DNA of 64,000 nucleotides from a virus: IMG/VR virus record IMGVR_UViG_3300045988_167796, positions 4,032 to 68,031 of that record; one strand, 5' to 3'. Shown piece by piece: positions 59,127 to 64,000 of this stretch (position 1 is its first letter; each line of letters starts with the position of its first letter). The notes under the pieces were generated by a model. It saw only the letters and a program-made list of their open reading frames with translations, ran no database searches and was not told where the DNA came from. The position numbers and the translations under genes were made by a program.

Positions 59127-62071
59127 ATGAATGTAATAAAAAAAGATTTAACGAAAGAACCATTTAACGACCAAAAAATTGTTGATGCAGTAAATAAATC
59201 AGCAAGCAGAGTTATGGTTAATTTATCAAATGATGACTATAAACAAATTATTGATTTAGTATGGGATAATCTTATAGAGGATGATGTTGATGAAGAAAAA
59301 GAATGTACAGTAGAAGATCTTCATAATGCAGTTGAATCTGCGTTAGAAGAATTTAATCCTAAAATTGCAAAGAGTTATAAAGATTATAGAAACTATAAAA
59401 AAGATTTTATTCATATGATGGATCAGGTTTATGCTAACGCGCAAAAGATTCGTTATATTGGTGATAAAGATAATGCAAATACAGATAGTGCCCTCGTTGC
59501 CACAAAGAGAAGTCTGATTTTTAACTCTCTTAATAAAGAGTTATATCAAAAATTCTTTATGACTGTAGACGAACGTCAGGCATGTAAAGATGGATATATT
59601 TATATTCACGATATGTCTGCAAGACTTGACACAATGAATTGTTTTAGAAGAGATACACGCTTTATTACAGAATTAGGAGTTAAATCATTTTATGATTTTA
59701 AAGACGGAGATACAATAAGAGTTTTAACTCATAAAGGTAATTGGAAAAATGCGGTTGTAAGGTCTTATGGATGGCAACCCATTAATAAAGTTACGTTAAA
59801 AAGAGCTGCAGGAAAATCAAAAGACATATATTGCACAGCAAATCATCGATGGATTTTAAAAGATGGTACAGAAACAACAAATTTGAAAATTGGAGATAAA
59901 TTAATTGCTGCTCCAGATATTACTAATTACGAATGGAGTAGTTTGACTAAGTTAGAAAAATTATTATGGTGTATTGGGTTCGGTATTGCAGACGGCAGTA
60001 TAGTCCAAGATAATAGTATTCCAATTATGATGATTAGATTGTGTGGGCATAAAAAAGATTTTGCTTATCGATTTGAAGACATTGGATACATTGTGACATA
60101 TCCGAATTCGTTAAACGGAGATGGACAAGTAAGGATGTATGATATTCACACAAAAGAATTACCATGGATGATTTTAAATGCAGAAAATGTCAGGTATTTA
60201 ATAGACGGATTCATGTCTGCCGACGGAAATAAATCTTCATCGGATAATTATAAATACAGAGGCATTCAAGTAACAGGTGATTTTAATAAATATATTTATG
60301 ATTTATTAAACATTGCAGGACAGTATGTAAGTTCTACAAGAGATTTGACAGGGGAAGAAACTAATTATGGTATAAGAAAACAAACAACAATTACATATCA
60401 AACATGTAGCAATCAAGGAGATCGAACGTGGTTCGTAGAAGATATCAAAAAAGATAAATTAAATTCAAAATCAAAAGTATGGTGTTTAGAGGTAGAAGAT
60501 GATCATAGTTTTATCTTAGAAGGTGGTATACCGACTGGGAATTGTTGTCTTTTCCGTGTAGGAGAAGTAATGCGTGGCGGTTTTGAGATGGGAAATGTAT
60601 GGTATAACGAACCCAATTCATTAGATACGGCATTTGATGTTATGGGCGATATTATTCTGAGTACCGCTGCACAGCAGTATGGCGGGTTTACCGTGCCGGA
60701 GGTGGATAAGATACTGGCTCCTTATGCCGAAAAATCATATATAAAATATAGAAATGAATTTTTAGAATGGTGTGATTCAAATTTTGAAGATAAAGCAGAT
60801 GATTATGCTACTCAGAAAGTAAAAAGAGATTTTGAGCAGGGATGGCAAGGAATTGAGTATAAGCTGAATACAGTAGGTTCTTCCCGCGGGGATTATCCAT
60901 TTGTAACGATGACATTTGGATTAGATACGTCAAAGTTTGGGAAAATGGCTTCTATCACATTTTTAAATGTACATAAAGAAGGTCAGGGGAAAGAAGGATT
61001 TAAGCGTCCAGTTTTATTCCCAAAACTTGTATTTTTATATGATAAAAATCTTCATGGAGAAGGATGTATTAACGAAGATGTGTTTAATGCAGGAATTGAT
61101 TGCAGCATGAAAACAATGTATCCTGATTGGTTATCTCTTACAGGAGAAGGATATGTCCCTTCTATGTATAAGAAGTATGGAACGGTTGTGTCTCCGATGG
61201 GGTGTCGTGCCTTTTTAAGTCCTTGGTATGAACGTGGTGGTATGGAACCTGAAGATGAAAATGATAAAGCTATATTTGAAGGACGTTTTAACCTAGGTGC
61301 AATAAGTCTTCATCTGCCTATGATACTTGCAAAAGCAAGACAAGAAAGTAAAGATTTTTATGAGGTACTTGATTATTATTTGGAAATGATTAGAAATTTA
61401 CATAAAAGAACGTATGACTATATTGGGGAACTAAAAGCATCAGTGAATCCAGTTGCGTATTGCGAAGGTGGTTTTTACGGAGGATATCTTAAACCAGATG
61501 AAAAAATTAAACCAATTTTAAAACCTATGACTTTATCATTTGGTATTACGGCTCTGAACGAGCTTCAGGAGCTTTACAATGGAAAATCCATTGCTGAGGA
61601 CGGACAGTTTGCATTAGAAGTAATGGAATATATCAATAAAAAACTTGCTGAATATAAAAAAGAAGATGGGTTATTATATGCTATTTATGGCACACCTGCA
61701 GAAAGTCTTTGTGGATTGCAAATTGAACAGTTCCGTAAGAAATATGGAATTATTGAAGGCGTGTCAGATAGAACATATGTAAGTAATAGCTTCCATTGTC
61801 ATGTTACAGAAGATATTAGTCCAATTGAAAAGCAGGATCTCGAGAATAGATTTTGGAATTTATTTAATGGTGGAAAAATTCAGTATTGTAGATATCCAAT
61901 TTCTTATAATAAAGAAGCTGTTGTTACTCTCATTCGAAGAGCAATGGATATGGGGTTGTACGAAGGCGTAAATCTTTCACTAGCGTATTGTGAAGACTGT
62001 GGTCACGAACAGTTAGATATGGATGTTTGTCCTGTGTGTGGAAGTCATAATATTACAAAAGTTGACAGGAT
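59127..62071 (+). CDS. nrdD: anaerobic ribonucleoside-triphosphate reductase NrdD, exon 1 (contains intein 59640-60542); annotated ORF runs to stop 62099 if unspliced
   Basis: N-terminal ATP-cone (VIKKDLTKEPFNDQKIVDAV). C-terminal CxxC...CPVCG zinc ribbon. No glycyl-radical motif before the stop. Confidence 0.75.
59640..60542 (+). mobile_element. intein (301 aa) with LAGLIDADG homing-endonuclease domain inserted in NrdD
   Basis: Starts CFRRDTRFITELG (block A). Two LAGLIDADG motifs LLWCIGFGIADGS and YLIDGFMSADGN. Ends ...ILEGGIPTGN with +1 Cys. Extein without it is 689 aa, normal for NrdD. Confidence 0.7.
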
Positions 62072-62367
62072 AGAAAATCCGTTTGTCCTGTATAAATAGT
62101 TTAAATTGCGGGGACTCCCTTAGAGCTTAAAAGGCTACAACGTGATCAGAAATGATGAGCGTGAATGCGGCATAGCGAAAGCACAGACCATAAAAACTTT
62201 TAAGATTGGGAAACCGAAGATGGAAGTTCTTCAGACGCAGCGAAATCCTTAATGAATATTATTAGGGAGACGTTCAACGACTATAATACTACTTTGATTG
62301 TATAGTCTAATCCGTCTTATTTAAAATAAGAGTTAAAGTATTGCGAAAGCAACGGTATATAGATATG
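62072..62367 (+). ncRNA. putative group I self-splicing intron in nrdD (296 nt, no ORF)
   Basis: P1: exon ACAGGAU (62065-62071) pairs with GUCCUGU (62085-62091), ending in the canonical U-G. P10: 3' exon GAACGG (62368-62373) pairs with CCGUUU (62079-62084) directly 5' of the P1 guide. Ends in G. Contains GNRA tetraloop hairpins gcGAAAgc (62175-62182, 62343-62350). In-frame TAG at 62097 lies inside it. Confidence 0.55.
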
Positions 62368-62458
62368 GAACGGTTATCTAGGATATACGAGAGTTCATGG
62401 CGATACTCGTTACAATAAAGCAAAAAATGATGAAATTGCAGATAGGGTATCAATGTAG
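62368..62458 (+). CDS. nrdD: NrdD exon 2 (glycyl-radical C-terminus: MNGYLGYTRVHGDTRYNKAKNDEIADRVSM)
   Basis: In a frame different from exon 1 and closed upstream. GYLG...N.AK.DEIADRV resembles the NrdD glycyl-radical tail (RVCGYLG...NAGK.EE...RV). Confidence 0.5.
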
Positions 62459-62469
62459 GAGGCTTCGTA

Positions 62470-63011
62470 TGAATTATCATGATATTAAACACGACGATAT
62501 GAATAATGGATCTGGACTACGAGTTACTTTGTTTGTATCTGGATGCGATCATTATTGTCCAGAATGCCACAATCAAGAAACATGGGATACTAATTCAGGC
62601 ATTCCGTTCGATGAAGCAGCTAAAAATGAAATATTCGATCAGTTATCAAAAGATTATATTTCCGGAATTACATTTAGCGGAGGAGATCCTTTAAATAAAC
62701 ATAATGTTGAGTATGTGTATTCTTTAATATCAGAAATTAAAGAAAGATTTCCAAATAAATCAATTTGGTTGTATACAGGATATACTTGGGAAGAATTATG
62801 GGAAGCATGGTCTTATTGTAATATTAGCGTTGAAACTAAATACAGAATAAAAGCTATACGTTTATGTGACGTTCTTGTAGATGGCGTATTTGATATTGAT
62901 AAAGCTGATGTTAATTATCATTGGGCTGGAAGCACAAATCAGAGAGTAATTGACGTTCAAAAAAGTTTGAAAGTAGGAGATATCGTTTTATATGAAAATC
63001 ATTGTAACTGA
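62470..63011 (+). CDS. nrdG: anaerobic ribonucleotide reductase activating protein (radical SAM)
   Basis: GCDHYCPECHN radical-SAM cluster motif near the N-terminus. SD gtaggagg, then ATG at 62470. Confidence 0.7.
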
Positions 63012-63192
63012 TCAACCTGAAATAAAAGAAAAATGTATTTTCTATGATGGGAAATATGATGAATATGATTTATGCACTATAGGATATTGTAAAGAATGTT
63101 GCTATGATAATATCAGTCATACATGTCGCAAACTTGTAGTTGATGCGAATAATATGAAGACAGGAAATAAAAATGTTCAAAACACTGAATAA
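62992..63192 (+). CDS. Cys-rich small protein
   Basis: 66-aa ORF overlapping the nrdG end by 20 nt. No SD. Confidence 0.3.
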   Translation: MKIIVTDQPEIKEKCIFYDGKYDEYDLCTIGYCKECCYDNISHTCRKLVVDANNMKTGNKNVQNTE

Positions 63193-63448
63193 GAAAGATA
63201 TATTATTTTACGCGCGTATTATTCCAACAACCGGTATATATGAAGTATGTGAGCTGACTGTCAGAACCGTAACTGACAGTTGGTTCACCGGGATGGACAA
63301 ACGTGATATGCATGTATATATGTTTGATTACGATGATTTGGGAAGTACCGTTTTTGAAAATCGAGATACTGCGTTAAAAGTTATGCAAAAAGCAGAAAAT
63401 AATAAAAATAATAATATATCAGAAGAAACTTATTATGAAGAATATTAA
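63173..63448 (+). CDS. hypothetical protein
   Basis: 91-aa ORF. Confidence 0.35.
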   Translation: MFKTLNKKDILFYARIIPTTGIYEVCELTVRTVTDSWFTGMDKRDMHVYMFDYDDLGSTVFENRDTALKVMQKAENNKNNNISEETYYEEY

Positions 63449-63460
63449 AGAGGTTATGAG

Positions 63461-63898
63461 ATGAAAAGTATATTTTTACAACCTGTAAATGAATGTAAAA
63501 AGGCAATAGAAGTAAGACTTACAGATGATTTCAATGCATTTTATAGTGATGGATCTCGGTATATTGTTGATTGTATTGTGCATACCGGTCTATCTCGTAT
63601 AGATAAAATATATGAAACAGATTTGGAGTTACCATTGTTAGAAGAAGGAGATAAATTTTACATCGTAGATATTGAAAAAGAAGTAAAGATAAATAAACGA
63701 ATGAGAAGTTCTGACGGATCTATAACATATGAAGTAGATGCGCGAGACGAAGTTGTTGATTCTGAATATGATATTACTGAATTATTAAATTTTTTAAATA
63801 AAATAAATAAAAAAATTAGTAACTTCGTAAGTCTTGTAACAGAAGTTCGACGTCGATGGAATGGTAAAAGTATTTTAAAAGATGCGGGAATTGATTAA
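63461..63898 (+). CDS. hypothetical protein
   Basis: 145-aa ORF with SD agaggtt. Confidence 0.45.
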   Translation: MKSIFLQPVNECKKAIEVRLTDDFNAFYSDGSRYIVDCIVHTGLSRIDKIYETDLELPLLEEGDKFYIVDIEKEVKINKRMRSSDGSITYEVDARDEVVDSEYDITELLNFLNKINKKISNFVSLVTEVRRRWNGKSILKDAGID

Positions 63899-63914
63899 TT
63901 ATGAGGAGAAATAT

Positions 63915-64000
63915 ATGACGTTATTAAAAATTATAGTTTATGTGATATCGTTTGTCTTTTTTTACCCTATATTTTCTAAAGTTATTGATAATGTAGATAA
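63915..64000 (+). CDS. membrane protein, 5' partial at window end
   Basis: SD aggagaaa, ATG 63915. Hydrophobic N-terminus; runs off the window. Confidence 0.3.
   Translation, partial: MTLLKIIVYVISFVFFYPIFSKVIDNVD

Noticed and set aside
62100-62200. Alternative downstream exon reading SLKGYNVIRNDERECG (frame containing KGY)
   Set aside because: Lys before the Gly is atypical for glycyl-radical motifs. The frame is closed by TAG immediately upstream. No P1/P10 pairing supports a junction there.

Overview
This 64 kb window is AT-rich and almost entirely coding on the + strand. Strong Shine-Dalgarno sites and frequent ATGA stop/start overlaps are typical of a large virulent or temperate phage of a Firmicutes-like host. 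Product calls rest on motifs read by eye from the translated ORFs.

Called products, in genome order:
- 1-24 kb: many small early-type ORFs (zinc ribbons, membrane peptides), an AAA+ ATPase, a DUF932 protein, a reverse transcriptase, a tyrosine recombinase, a DGQHR-like protein, a Lar-type restriction-alleviation protein and a stand-alone DUF262 protein.
- 25-40 kb: NAD-dependent DNA ligase, three large unassigned proteins, an SPFH/band-7 protein, a SAM-dependent methyltransferase and a calcineurin-like phosphoesterase.
- 40.3-42 kb: a promoter-driven tRNA cluster, followed by an RNA-ligase-like nucleotidyltransferase.
- 44-62 kb: a replication and nucleotide-metabolism module (SSB-like protein, AAA_24-like ATPase, DnaB-like helicase, DnaG-like primase, PD-(D/E)XK exonuclease, PHP-domain DNA polymerase III alpha, RecD-like helicase, P-loop kinase).
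- 59-63 kb: anaerobic ribonucleotide reductase NrdD and its activase NrdG.

Most notable observations:
1. A non-DGR reverse transcriptase sits between three diverged paralogues of a Cys-rich protein family. It is followed by an array of five ~150-bp degenerate tandem units. Each unit joins a conserved leader, a unique long hairpin whose loop always contains TATC, and a conserved ATG-proximal segment. The last unit is the true 5' end of the downstream gene. This is a candidate undescribed RT-associated structured element.
2. nrdD carries a 301-aa LAGLIDADG intein.
3. nrdD is also split near its 3' end by a 296-nt ORF-less group I intron, supported by P1 and P10 pairings and a downstream glycyl-radical mini-exon.
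4. The motif AATAATATTAAAAA recurs upstream of at least 15 genes and is a likely phage promoter element.
5. The tRNA cluster contains atypical long-variable-arm tRNA-like genes and a truncated tRNA.
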